A DNA stretch of 64,000 nucleotides from Peribolospora baueri (taxonomy: Eukaryota): positions 62,001 through 126,000 of the forward strand of contig JAMDHS010000028.1 in the NCBI GenBank assembly GCA_029717555.1. Reading direction: 5' to 3'. Every line of letters begins with the position of its first letter. Within the stretch, counting starts at the first letter, position 1. The notes beneath the pieces are model-generated. The model was not told the DNA's origin, did not search any database, and worked only from the letters and a program-made list of their open reading frames with translations. Positions 21,978-34,761 of this stretch are shown piece after piece. Made by a program: the position numbers and the translations under genes.

Positions 21978-23889
21978 GATGCTCCTCCTCCGTGTTCACG
22001 TAGTACGTAATCGGGCCATTGTCGTTTTGCCTTTATTGCTTTGCTCTTCCCGGCCCTTTTCTTGCTTGGTTTGTGTGGTCGGTCCGGGTTTGTCACCTTG
22101 TCACCTCGGCCGACGGTGACGGTCACATTGTATGATTGTATACTTGGATAGTCGAACGATCCACGCGTGCTGCTGCTCCTGAGTCGCCTCCCCTCTTTCC
22201 TCAGAAATCTTGTCGTCGATGCACTCAGTGAGCTTCGACTGTTCAGCGACCAGGCGCAACCGTACGCCGATGATTTGTTGAAATCATAATCCCGTCCGCT
22301 GATTGCAAGGCGTGGTAACGACGACGAATACGAGTACACGAGATAGACACGATTACGGAGAGAACAGAGGCATCCAATCAAACTTTAGAGGGAAAGAGGA
22401 AGAAGTGGACCATGTGTTGGAGAGAGAGGGTCTAGAGACGTGGGTTGACGAGGACCGTGCGACATCGTCGCCATAGCGTCGACAAATTAGGAAAACCTCG
22501 GCTGGGCAAGCTAACACGCGAGAAGAAGGAGTCAAGCGAGTGAGTATTCAGAACAGGCTCTGTTCAAATTGCTGCGCAACGGCCATAACCGCTGCCATAC
22601 CATGCTCATGTTATCATCCCTTCGACATTAGGTCTCTCCATCGACGCACCTTCAGCCTCTCAACTGTATGATGCTGCGCCAGTCCGTCCCTCAGTATTTG
22701 AGGATAATGTCTGGGGGTCGGGTATAAAAGGTACCGGTGAGCGGATCATTTCGTCGCGATCGCCTACAAGCAGGAGAGAGCACGACAGCACGTACAGAGA
22801 GCATGGATGATTCCAGGAATCCAACCCAGGATGGTAAGCACTGGTGAGAAGGTGCAAAATATGAGCGGAGCAAATGAGGACAGGAAGCATCGGACATCCG
22901 AGTCAGCGCTGACTCCCGGGATGGCGCGACTCGCCACCTTGCCACCATGTTTGGCACGGGGGATAAAAGAAACGGAAATTCACGTATGTTAATCCAGAAG
23001 TCGACGGCGCAGCCACGCTCGAGGAAGACGCCGAGCGGCGGGGCAATGCACGCAAAGCTGGGAGAGGGGACGTGAAAGGAGCAACGATAAGGCGACAGTG
23101 GGCAGAGTGATCATTTCGACAGTGATGCTCACATGATCTTGATACTAGTGATGGGTCATGAAGGAAGCGGTTGAGAATAAGTGCAAACGGAGAGGTCAGC
23201 GAGGTCATCTGCGCATGTATATTCGTCTCCGGTCGACCCGCTTGCCCCACCGAGCTTGAGCTCGACGGCCATCCGATCCGGCCTCTCCATGACATGGGGT
23301 ATGGAACACAACCCACATGTCAGAGCAGGTGAACGGCATCTTGAGAAAATCCTCGTATACGAGCGAGCTTGCGGTTGTACGTGTGGAGTGTCCGTCGAAA
23401 GGGAAATATCACGAATGTCCTGAAGATACGAACGTGGTGGTGGTGGTAAGGTTAAATGTGACCCGGGAAGGCTGCTGGTGCTCATCACCATCAACACGAC
23501 GACCGTTCGGGTCTTGTTGATCGAGCTTCCCGGGTTTGAGCTTAATGCGCTATGACGCAACGTCCCGCAGCAGCCGATTGCGTCGCTCGACCACTGACGT
23601 TGACAGGACACCAGCAAACGAAATGATATGATATGGACTCGCATGATTCACAATACCGCTGGTACAGCGCTCGAGTCGAGAACGGTTGTCGAAGACACGG
23701 GATCAAACGCACGTAGCGGTACAACACCTGGCCAGCCGGTACTCTTCCACCCGCGATTCGTTTTCGTTCAACCCCGGCTTCGCTCGAGAGAGGAGGGGGT
23801 CGGAATTGCGTTGCGAAATCGCCGCTCATCCGTTTACCTTGGCGGGCGTTCATAGCTGACCTGTTTAACTGACTCGGCTACTCCACTGT

Positions 23890-24458
23890 CCCCGAGCCTC
23901 GCTCACCTCGGCAAATGCTCACTGCGGACGTGCAGAACGAAGCGGTGAGCGGGACGGACGGACCATACCCTAGTCTTACCTCGCCTCGGCCGACGCTTAC
24001 TCCTTCCTCCTTTCCCTTCTTCTCCACCTTCCCAAGGCGTACTACAAGCTCCTCGACGAGCATTGCCCGTACTTCAAGTCCGTCCTCCCCGGCATCGGTG
24101 GCGTCGGCTGGTTCGCTCACATCTACTCGGCCGGATGGAGCCGGGGTGAGTAGATGGATGTCAAAGGCAAAATGTCCCTCCATTTCGCCTTTGTTCCCGC
24201 ATAGGCACCGTCGCGGCGACGTATTGTGCTTGTGCTCCTAGTACGTTCCGCGGCTCGTACTAGGACCGGGCGACCGAAGATGGGGCTCGAGTCAAAACGG
24301 AGCGGCGAGTGGGATGGATCGACGCTGACGTCGTCGTCTTTCTCTCTCTCTTTCTCTCTTTTGTTTCTTTTCCTTCATCCCCTCGCCCGGCCAGATGTGG
24401 CATCTACGACGTCAACGGGACCATGAAGTTCCCTTTCAAGGCCCGGACGCACTGCTGA
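23890..24458 (+). pseudogene. 3' fragment of a GH17-like beta-glucanase gene, frameshifted
   Basis: ADVQNEA|AYYKLLDEHCPYFKSVLPGIGGVGWFAHIYS..(frameshift)..MEPG|CGIYDVNGTMKFPFKARTHC* resembles the C-terminus of basidiomycete GH17 proteins; no upstream exons recognisable. Confidence 0.6.
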
Positions 24459-25011
24459 GCTTTACCGTCGTTGTCCGTACAGTACCATCCATCTATGTTC
24501 TCTTTCTTCCTTTCCTTCGCTTGCGCCGGTATTGGTATACCCCCTCTGTGCGCCCCGCCCGTTTTATGGTTCCTTCCGTCTGTTACTTACCCCCGCCGCC
24601 GATCGACAGCTTGCCATAGGGCTGGGAGAGGGAATGAGCGAATTCCTTCTTAACCATGCAGTCCGGGGCTTAAGAACAACGAGGCCGCCGCTAGGCCGCC
24701 CAAAGGAACGTTGGCGCTCGGCCCCCACGAGCGTCCTCCATATTCTAGGCCATGGTCATGCCCACCCGGAGCTTCTTATCCACTAGAACACAGCCACGGA
24801 CTGGTTCGTTGCATTGCTGTTCGAACGTGCAAGACGACTCAAACGATAGGAGTGTGCGGCGGTATGCAAATTTAAGCCTTGAAACGTCACAAAAGGAAGA
24901 CATGGAGGGTCAAAGAAAGCGACGAGCAGGAAAATCTGAGCGGCGGTGTGTAGTTACCAGAATCGTGTTTCCGAGAACCGGGCGTGAATGACACCTGACA
25001 CCAGAAATTCC

Positions 25012-25704
25012 CTACGAGCACCCGTGGTTTGCCTCGTGTCCCCAGTTGCCTTTGAGGCAGTACTCCCGACAGTGACAGCGACGGACGCCATATTCCTCGG
25101 AGAAATCCCAGACCGCAGGGATGAGAGCGTCCATCGCCTGCTGACTGCTGAGCAGGGGGAGCGTCAGATTGGCCCGGCCCTGGGTAATCTCGAAGCGGTC
25201 GGCGGTCTTGTGCTCGCCGGTCTGGAGACGTCTGAGACCGAAAATGTTGTGGAGATCGTTTCTGAGCACCAGACTGGCAAAAGCCTCGACGAAATTGTCG
25301 TCCGGACCGACTTGTGCTTCGGTATCATCTGCAGCTGCTAGGTGGAATTCGAATTCGTACGGAACGAGGGGACCGTCTCGGACGGCCCACGCCCTTGGGT
25401 AGACGATGCCGCCATACAAGCAACCCTTACCGCGATCGAGGCTGTCTTTCATCTCGGCATCCATCTGCCAAGGAGTGCTGGTGTGCTCATACTCGACCAG
25501 CCGCTCATCTCCTCTAAGAGGAAAATGACGATGGAGGAGTGCAACGCCCATGTTCTTGGGTTTCCAGGCGAGGAACAGATCCTTGATTGGGCCGTATAGA
25601 ATGGTTTCGGCATTTTTTTGCTGGAATGAGTTGTAAGCAGTGCGCAAGCTGGGCAAAGATGCATAGAAGCCGGGATCATAGGTCTGGGTGGAAACGGAGC
25701 CCAT
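25012..25704 (-). CDS. Intronless hypothetical protein (~230 aa) of an uncharacterised fungal family
   Basis: Open ORF MGSVSTQTYDPGFYASLPSL...GVALLHRHFPLRGDERLVEY...YPRAWAVRDGPLVPYEF...IFGL, ending in a Cys/His-rich tail CHCREYC...HEANHGCS. Confidence 0.75.
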   Translation of the reverse strand: MGSVSTQTYDPGFYASLPSLRTAYNSFQQKNAETILYGPIKDLFLAWKPKNMGVALLHRHFPLRGDERLVEYEHTSTPWQMDAEMKDSLDRGKGCLYGGIVYPRAWAVRDGPLVPYEFEFHLAAADDTEAQVGPDDNFVEAFASLVLRNDLHNIFGLRRLQTGEHKTADRFEITQGRANLTLPLLSSQQAMDALIPAVWDFSEEYGVRRCHCREYCLKGNWGHEANHGCS

Positions 25705-25885
25705 GGTCGGGGTAATCGAGACGAGAGATGGGAACTGTGTGGAAATGGAGTTTCGGGAGGGGATCTCCTTGAGCTGTTTAAATACTTTCTTGGCCTCCTT
25801 AGCGGAAGCGCGCCAGTTAGCCCTCATTTAGAGGCTCAAACCCTTTTGACAATGACTGGATCGGACTAGACTCGACAACTCTACA

Positions 25886-26707
25886 TCAAATCAAGCTCCA
25901 TCTCCACATGACGCCTTCGATAAGGAAGCCACACGAACAATAGAGACCCACCGCTTCGAGGTTCTCCCCATCGACTTCAAGCCAGATGTCCTTTCGCCCC
26001 TCGCCGAGAACCTCGGCGACCCACGTCATGATCGCCCTAGCATACCCTCGGCGCCGAAACTCGGGCTGAACAAATAGCCCTGATATGTAGAGGGCGGAAT
26101 AGGTGGGATGTTCTAAAACGAGAACTTCGCCGAGGGGAGAAGAATGCCCCTCTCTTCGTTGAGATGCAGAGAGGTCGCCAGGAAGAGAGCAACCCGACGA
26201 AAGTGTCGTAATCGGCTCAAGGACAAAGGAACGTTGCGTCCGAAGTTGGAAAGTGCGCGCGGGGTACGCCCTCTTGAAATGAGCCTCGCCATCGTTGATC
26301 TCGAGTCCACGATCGGAGAGCCAACGTTGAGGCTGCAACGCTGTTAAGGAGGAAGGGCGGTGTTCGGTGTGGGCCCGACGCAGGCGCATCTTGTAGACCA
26401 TCCGCCAGGACGAAGGGGGGGAACCAGAGATGCACCAATTGCAAGCGCTGGGGTCCTCAGCGTAGACAACCAGACGATGGGGTTCTGGCAGGGGTTGACC
26501 CGCGAGTTCTTCCAAGGTGTCGTCGCCCAGTCTGAACATACTGTCCCCGTCGCGGGAATCTATGAATAGATACGTGGAATTAGAAGGCGCGTGGCGAGGA
26601 AAATCGGGATTGGAATTGGTGAAGCAGCGCGGCCCCTGGTGAGAAGTCTGGCGTCCGAACGAGGCGAGGTGAAGAGAGCGGAGCTGCTCGAAAATCGAAG
26701 GAGCCAT
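25886..26707 (-). CDS. GNAT-family N-acetyltransferase, apparently intronless
   Basis: C-terminal LYISGLFVQPEFRRRGYARAIM (acetyl-CoA motif A) and IWLEVDGENLEAVGLYCSCGF (motif B). Confidence 0.85.
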   Translation of the reverse strand: MAPSIFEQLRSLHLASFGRQTSHQGPRCFTNSNPDFPRHAPSNSTYLFIDSRDGDSMFRLGDDTLEELAGQPLPEPHRLVVYAEDPSACNWCISGSPPSSWRMVYKMRLRRAHTEHRPSSLTALQPQRWLSDRGLEINDGEAHFKRAYPARTFQLRTQRSFVLEPITTLSSGCSLPGDLSASQRREGHSSPLGEVLVLEHPTYSALYISGLFVQPEFRRRGYARAIMTWVAEVLGEGRKDIWLEVDGENLEAVGLYCSCGFLIEGVMWRWSLI

Positions 26708-26792
26708 GAGGTATTTGATCTCACGTCGCTCGGTACGCTGCTCATCTCCCATCCTCGTATATATGTCAATCTACAACGTCGCAAAAGGACTC

Positions 26793-26948
26793 AGTTAGAC
26801 GGTGTGGTGATGATGTATACTTCGTCGTAGTTGCTATCTACTCGGGAACCAGTGAATCTCGTGTTGTTCTAGTTACAAAGACCATCCTCACGTGACGGGT
26901 CACATGACAACTCTCCTTCGGAGCACTCAAGTGTCATGTTCTCTAACT
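26793..26948 (-). repeat. Putative 3' LTR (156 bp) of a copia element with AGT...ACT termini
   Basis: Begins immediately after the PPT GAGGGGGGAG; 7-bp terminal inverted repeat AGTTAGA...TCTAACT. Confidence 0.7.
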
Positions 26949-27675
26949 CTCCCCCCTCAAGACGATGTTCATCTTGACCGTCTAACTTCGGTTTGCCCAG
27001 ATGGTTGGTGACGACAACGGGTCCGTGGTCTTGGACCCTGAATTTGAGAGCATTTCCTTTGTCGGGATCTTGGTGAGGGCGTCAGCCGTGTTGTTACTCG
27101 TTCGGATCTCGCGGAGTCGAATGTGCCGTTTCTTCACCGCCCGTCGGATGTAGTGGTATTTGATATCGACGTGCTCGAACTTTTTGGTGATTCTGCGGAT
27201 CTTCCGCGGCTCGAATTGCGGCTTGGTTGTCTGACCGGATGATAGGTCGTGTATCCCATCCCAATTCACGGAGGAGGGATTTGAGGTAGGCCGCCTCCTT
27301 AGCGGCTTCGGAAGCAGCGACGTACTCGGCTTCAGCTGTCGACTGGGCAATACACTTCTGGGTTTGACTGCGCCAGCTGATGAGGTCTCCGAGGTGATAG
27401 AAGCAGTATCCGGTCGTACTCTTGCGATCCAGGTTCGGTTGGCCGCCGTAGTCTGAGTCACAGTGTCCAATGGAGGAGAGCTCGTTCGTGTTCTGGTCCC
27501 GGGTTGTGCGCGAAACGTTCGAGATGCTTGGTGGCAAACGACAGGTCTGGTCGCGAGCAGCCGGCCAACCACATGAGTCCTCAGTTGATCCTAAGGAACT
27601 TTTCTCTCCGGTTCTCGTCGACTTCACCATCGTATTTGGTCAGTGGTGTTGTGGGGAGAGGAGTCCACCTTTATA
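26949..27675 (-). mobile_element. Degenerate Ty1/copia RT C-terminus, RNase H and polypurine tract
   Basis: LMWLAGCSRPDLSFA, CDSDYGG...DRKSTTGY, ISWRSQTQKCIAQSTAEAEYVA, SDNQAAI, HVDIKYHYIR, NTADALTK; frameshifts; PPT at 26949-26958. Confidence 0.92.
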
Positions 27676-27743
27676 GAAAATCGAGAGCTGACGGGACTGC
27701 AGCCCTGGAAGGACGGGATAGACGGGCAATAGGGACTACTCAC

Positions 27744-28599
27744 AAAGGGCAGCGACACCCTTGATGCACTCCAAGTCCTCCGTCCGAAGCCCCTTCCCAT
27801 CCACCCTCTCGCTTCCGTCCGTTAACATCCCCGTACCGATCCTGAGTGCGAGCCAGCCGCCGGCGCTGCTCCCGCTCACGACGAGCCGATCCATATCCAT
27901 TTTCCCCTCCGCGCCCACCTCGGCCAATTTGGCGGGAAGGGAGCGGATGGCGAAGTGGACTACACAACATCTGAGAGGACGACGGGCAATCGGGTTTGAG
28001 GAGCGAGCTGCAAACGCGGCGAAGGCGACGGGAGCGGTCGTCGTTCGAAAGAACCGACGGCGGGAAAAGGGAGCGGGATCAACTGTCCATCAGCGGCTGG
28101 AGAATGCACGATGTTCGCCCGAAGAAGACGAAAAGGCGCTCAAACTACCCACCCTGTAGTCGGGAGAGATGACGGCAACGCCGTACTTCGCCGGCGCTCG
28201 CCTCATGTGAGGAGCGATGCCTGAGCCAGTTGAAAGCGAGGATCGAGAAGGCGAGGCACGAGGGGGGATGAACGTAACCTTCGTCTATCGGTCACCTTGC
28301 AATCCTAGCCCTTGCCCACCACTCCTCCTCTGCGTCCCATCGAGCGAACGCGAAGACAAAAGTAAGGCTTTCACCTTCCTTGGCATGTAATTAGAATGCG
28401 CCGCCACGCGCCACTCACTTTTACGAGAGCCTTGCACAAGGCCCCTGCCATGGAACCATAGAAAGGCGGGCACTCCAGCTCCCGCATTGGCACTGACGCT
28501 CTCCTTGGGCGGCAAGAGCACGTCCAAGGCGATGTTGACGCCCGCAGCGCGCTTGAATACGAACGTGAACTCTTCTTTGTTTTGAGTGGGTTCTGACAT
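27744..28599 (-). pseudogene. Alpha/beta hydrolase (HSL/Abhydrolase_3-like), disrupted and 3'-truncated next to the copia remnant
   Basis: LWFHGRGLVQG (degraded HGGG), VISPDYR, LAPQTRLP, VVSGSSAGGWLAL (GxSxG); stop/frameshift at ~27960; C-terminal half with catalytic Asp/His is missing. Confidence 0.75.
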
Positions 28600-28971
28600 G
28601 CCTTAATGATGGTATGTGGCTTGATAGCGTATTTCCGCCCGGAGATACTGAATAGGACTTGGTTGTCCGCGTTCAGGTGAACGGTCACTCTTGGGTGGAA
28701 CGGATCACCCCACAGGGGAGAGAAAGATCATCCGCGCTTCCGATCGGCCGCGGCAGACCAGACACACGCGCATAAATCACTCGACACGCGATGGGACAGA
28801 CGAGATCTTCCATGGATGGGAGATGGAGCAGAGAACACTACTAGTACAGACAAGCTTATCGCGTCTACGCGCGGGTGGAACAGAAGGGGAATGAAGGCAT
28901 AATAGGCCCAAGAGAAGTGCGGAGGGAAACGTCATAGTCGCACCGGTGAATCATACAGAAGAAACCAGACA

Positions 28972-29645
<674 letters not shown>

Positions 29646-30104
29646 TTCGAATGTGGGTGGGCAAAAGGGTTGGTGGAAAAGGTGCTTGGAGCGTAAGGCG
29701 TGTGCGTGCGTGGAGAGCGATGGAGGGAGGAAGTTGAGCCCGAGGTTCGGTGCGGGCGTGGTCGGGGTTATATGGACGCGGAGGGCGGCGCGACGTGACA
29801 GAGCCAAAGATGACTAGGGTTAGATCAGGGGAATTAACGGTGACGCGTCAGCGCCAATTCGCGACACGTCGCCATCAAATCTACATGCGTCGCCCTTGAA
29901 CGCCATTTGATCGCACTCGGCTGCGGCGACCGAACGACGGGGGAGGTAAACGTGATATAAGACTTAAAGCCCGTTCGTCGCACCAACGCCGGACCTCTTC
30001 CCTTCACCCATCCCTCTTAACACAACCGCTTCCACGCTCCGCCGTCGTCGACGCACTCAAGCCCACTCCCCCACCCTTTACTCAACCCATCTCCTCTCGT
30101 AAAC
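29646..30104. promoter_or_regulatory. Bidirectional H2B/H2A promoter
   Basis: ~460 bp between divergent ATGs; TGACGCGTCA palindrome at 29841-29850, AACCCT (minus strand) at ~29816-29821, TATA-like elements toward each gene. Confidence 0.7.
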
Positions 30105-30634
30105 ATGTCTTCTGGTGGCAAGTCTGGTGGCAAGGCCGGTGACGCCGCGCCCTCCAAGAGCTCCTCCCGCTCGGCCAAGGCTGGTCTCCAGTTCCCTGTG
30201 GGCCGTATCCACCGTATGCTCCGCAAGGGCAACTACGCTCAGCGCGTTGGTGCTGGCGCTCCTGGTGAGTTGCGAGGTTTTAGCGCTCCACTGTTGGTTG
30301 GCGCCCGTCGGACTTGGCACGGGTCGCAACCTGGTTTTGAATCGTCCGCTCATCTTTGTGTTCCTTCTTGTCTTTGCTAGTCTACCTCGCCGCCGTCCTC
30401 GAGTACCTTGCTGCGGAAATCCTCGAGTTGGCCGGTAACGCTGCGCGCGACAACAAGAAGACGCGTATCATCCCGCGTCACCTTCAGCTTGCGATCCGCA
30501 ACGACGAGGAGTTGAACAAGCTCCTTGGACACGTTGTCATCAGCCAGGGTGGTGTGCTTCCCAACATTGCCGCAGAGCTCCTCCCGCCCAAGACCAAGTC
30601 CAAGAAGGCTGGAACGCAGTCTCAGGAGCTGTGA
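30105..30634 (+). CDS. HTA1: Histone H2A with C-terminal SQEL (gamma-H2A) motif, 1 intron
   Basis: [17 protein letters not shown]...[45 protein letters not shown]...SQEL*. Confidence 0.98.
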
Positions 30635-31159
30635 TCGTCCCCCCATCCCGTTCCCCTTTTCCTTCTCATCCCCCGTATCCCATGTGCCTTGCCCTATCCT
30701 CTCAGCCGCGTGCTATGCTCGCCCTGTACTTCTAGGTCTCCTCTATGTCTGTACTTTCGGGAATCCATGCGAGCCTATTTGGCGGCCGCTCTGTCTTCGA
30801 TTCAATCGCGTCCCCCTCTCCGCTGCCCTGTGCTGATCCGATCAGGTAAAACAGCCGACGAGAGCTCGCGACTGTTGCATCGGCGCGCGCGTTTTAAGAG
30901 TGCCCATTCCGATACAGCCCAAAGTAAAGTAAAGTAGATACAGGAAGACAGGAAGAGAAGATGGAAGGCGAGACGCACGGAGGGGAAGGGAAGAGGATAC
31001 GGAGCGACCGACAAGAAGGACGAAGAAGCAGGTACGACACGAACAGGTTAGAGGGAACGACAAAGCTGGCGACGGAGGAGAGAGCCGGCTCCAAGACGGG
31101 CAACAGAGCGAAGAACGAACGAACGGAGCGCAACCGACGCCCTCCGTCCGACGATCAGA

Positions 31160-33263
31160 TCATCGCGGTCCGTGCGGGTCGACGGGGCCCCACCGGTCGC
31201 GCCTATGCGCCGAGCGCCTGATGGCCAAGCTCTTCCAGCCCGTACTACTAAAGTCGGTGTGCGCCGTCAGAGCTGCCCAGGAGCCGTCACCGTCGTCCCG
31301 CCAAACCTGTGTGTGAAAGGGGTGCGCGGGCGAGAGCGACGCTTCGAAATGAGCCTCCCGTCGCCTTCCCGCGCGCGCTCAAATACGCTGCAAGACCCAT
31401 CATGTCATGTCGCGTATGCGCACCTCAAAGTCCGAGCCGAGCTTGGGAGGGTCGGTCATGACGACCTCCCAATACATCCAGCTCTCCTGGTTCTGCGTAA
31501 GGTTGCCCGTCGTCTGACTGATCTTCGTCGCCTTGTCTCTCCCGCTGGCGCCCCACTCCTCGAGGACGAGGATCTGGTCCGGATTGATCGTCGCCAGCTC
31601 TTTGCGCTTTTTCGAGAGCGCCTTCGCCAGGCCGGCGGTCTCGTAGCTGTAGTCGTGCACGGCCAGGAAGTTTATTGCCGTGCAGTCGGTCGCCCAAGCT
31701 GCTGTTGAGTCGGAAAGGTTCACGCCACCTGGAGAAGAAAAAAAAATGGAGGTACGCCAAACTCAGCACGGTACTTTCGTGATGGGGCGAAAGAGAAGCC
31801 TTGGGCGCTCACCTCCCGACGAGACATATGCGGCCGAAGACGCGTCAACGAGGGCGAGCTCGGATGCGATCACGTCGGCACGTCGACATGTCCAATCGCT
31901 CGGTGTGCGTGCCGAGTACCTGGACGACCGAGCAAGGGTATCCTGTCCGTAAGCGCGCCGCCCGCAAGCCTCTGCCGGGCCTTCTTTCCTCGACGCCAGA
32001 GTCCAAGCGCCCAGTCTCACTCACCCTTGCGGCTCGTTCTCTGCCTCGAATGCATAGATGGCCGACCCACTGAGCTGAGCCCAAGTATAATCGTCCATAA
32101 AGGCGTTCTGGTGCCTGTAAAAGGCAGAGCGAAATACGGGCGAAAATACGAGAGTTGAACTCGGGGATTACTAAACCAGAAAGCGCCTTGAAAGGACATG
32201 AGAAGACGCTGACCTCATGATATGCCTGATACGGTCGTCGAAACAGGTGGCCAGGGTGTCATTGGTATAGAACCTGTTCGACACCGGCGAAGGACTGCGT
32301 GAGATAGACTCTTAGGGCAGCCTCGAAGGCACGTGGGACGAAGCTGTCGCATACGCTCTCGACCCGCTCGCTAGCTGGCTCCACACTCACCGGGACGCGT
32401 CGTGGACTTGCGGTGTCCGAGCACCGGCGCGAGCGATGCCGGCGGCGACGGCATATACATCAGTGCCCCCTGCAAGACACGCAGAATGATACGACGTAGA
32501 ACATGTCAGCTTGGACACGCTGCACTGCGGGTAGCGAGGACGTGCACGCGGCTGCATCACTCACACCAGCCGAGTTGGTAGCGGTCGTGAAGGGCGATGA
32601 TGAGTTGGATGTCTGTGACCGAATGCAAAAGGCATTGGCCCCGCCGCCGTTCATGAGCTGACTCGCCAGCGCATCCTCCTCTTCGTAGCCAAGCTCGTCG
32701 CCTCGGCTCGCCTCGGCGGCGCACTCACCCCTTTGGTAAGCCTTATACATGAGCGAATCAACAGCTTCCAAGATAGTATCATCATACACTCCAATCATCT
32801 CAGGCTCCACATCGTTGATGTACGATCCGCCAGAGCCTTTCTGGTCTTTTGGGACCGAAGTGATAAAGATGCGGAGTACCTTGAAGTTGGCGTCGGCCAG
32901 GGCGTCGAGCACTTTGTCCTGATCTGAATCGGGGAGGGTGTAGAGGTACTGTGGGGGGGAAGGGGGGAGATAAGTACGACGAGGGAGAGGGAGATGGGCC
33001 ACGGCGGCCCGGTGAATCCATGAACGCGTTTCGACGTCGTTCGCCCCCGCCTCCGTCCTCCCACGTCCGCCGCTACGCGTTGCGCGACCCAACTCGCCTC
33101 TTACGACGCGGCGTTCGGAGACTGGACTCACGTAGCTGTTCGCTCCAGCAAAGGGCGCCGTGCTCAATGAGCGTGTCGTCCCCGGCGCGAGGGCGAGGGC
33201 GAGGAGGAGCGCGGACAGCCAGGCGAGCACGCCGGCAGGACGCGTGGCGGCGAGGCGCGCCAT
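31160..33263 (-). CDS. Secreted glycoside hydrolase family 5 (mannanase/glucanase-like), multi-exon
   Basis: Signal peptide, FAGANSYYLY, KVLRIFI, LIIALHDRYQLG, AFEAENEP (acid/base), AVHDY, VLEEWG (nucleophile), WMYWEV. Confidence 0.88.
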
Positions 33264-34761
33264 GATGGTAACGAGGCGTGACGGAGACGAGGGCGAGGAA
33301 GGAGTGTGGTGGGCACCGTACGCGAATGAAGGAGTGTGGTGGGTACGGTACGTAAATGAAGGAGCGTGTTACCGACGTTGCGGAGCTGAGGAGCAAAAGA
33401 AGGAAGACAAAAGAAGGTGGGGGTTATGGGGGTGGAAACGAACGTGGGTTGCGCCGGTCTTGGACGAGCGAGGGGCGCGATCTGGATGTGCCTTCTGGAT
33501 GTGCGACAAAGAAAAGAAAGAAAAAAAAAAGGAGGGGAGCTGGCGGAGAACGAGGCGAGGAGCCGGTGAGCAGCTCTGACTCTATCCTGGCGGCGGCGAC
33601 GGTGCTGTGAAAGGGATATGGAGAAAGAGAAAGTGGAGAAGAGAAACGCGCAAAGGTGAGTATGGGCAGGCCGGCCACCTGTGCCTCCGATCCTGTGCCG
33701 AGGCGCGGAGCGGTGCGAGGTAGAGCGAGCAAAGCGAGCAAAGCACATCCAACAAAAGGGAAATAAAAAAATAAATAAAAAATAAAAAAGCAAGGGCTCG
33801 CTGGCCCGCACATGGGAGGGCAGGTGCAGGAAGGAGGACAGGGAGAAGGCGCTCGCCTGGCAGGCAGCAGAGCAGGCACGCCCGCCCCAGCGATAGATAG
33901 CGACAGCCATGGCACGCCATCCATCCAAGCCGAGCCGCATTCCTGTTCCTGTCCAGCCCACGGCGCGCTTCACCAGGCAATATAGGCAGAGAGACTTTGC
34001 TGCTGACATGGTCGCCAGTCAGTCAGGCCATCATCGTCGGCGAGCGAGCCAGCCAAGTTGGCGGGCCGAGCGCGACGAAGCGGAGCAGCTGCGGCGGCGG
34101 CCGAGCCGAGGGGGCGACGGCCTGTGCATATGGAATTTAATCCGAATGATCAATCAATCAATCAATCAATCGACGGACGGACGGGACGGACAGCGGGCTC
34201 GAACGGCGAAGCCAAAATTCGAGCACGGATTGTGCGGTGCATGTGAGGAACGAACGAACGGACGAACGAAAGAAAGAAGAGGCGACGGACGGGGCGAAGA
34301 CGAAGACGGCTGCGACAAGACGACGAGAGACCAGACAAACGTACCCAAGTACTTGTACAAGTATGCTTTCGCGCGCGATTCCACCGAGACGAGACGACAG
34401 GAGAAAAGCCAAAGCCAAAGCGAAGGTGAAAGGTGGGCGCGGCCTCGAAAGGTGTCAGGGATACTTTGTATATAGGAGATCCGGCCACTCCGGCCGGGCA
34501 GGTTGCAGCGAGGCAGGGGGATAGATAGATGGGTAAGCAAATACGTAGATAGATGGGTAGATAGCTAGGTAGGTAGGCAGGTAGACAAGACGAGCTGAGC
34601 ATCCCGTGAGAGCAAGAGCACCGTAAGGGCGCTGCGACGGTATAGTCCGACGGCGCGCCGAAGAAGATGGTATAGGTATCGTGGCAGGACAGATACAAGT
34701 CCAAGGAGGGAAATGCGAGCAGCGAGCAGCGAGTCAGACGAAAAAGCGAATCCCCTCATCT

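Noticed and set aside
22000..23860. Several 60-160 aa ORFs on the minus strand
   Set aside because: No coherent splice model or recognisable domain; left as unassigned degraded sequence
11614..26948. The copia 5' half (10.2-11.8 kb) and 3' half (26.8-27.7 kb) being one element
   Set aside because: Their LTRs differ in sequence, length and termini, and the order on the minus strand is wrong for a single element
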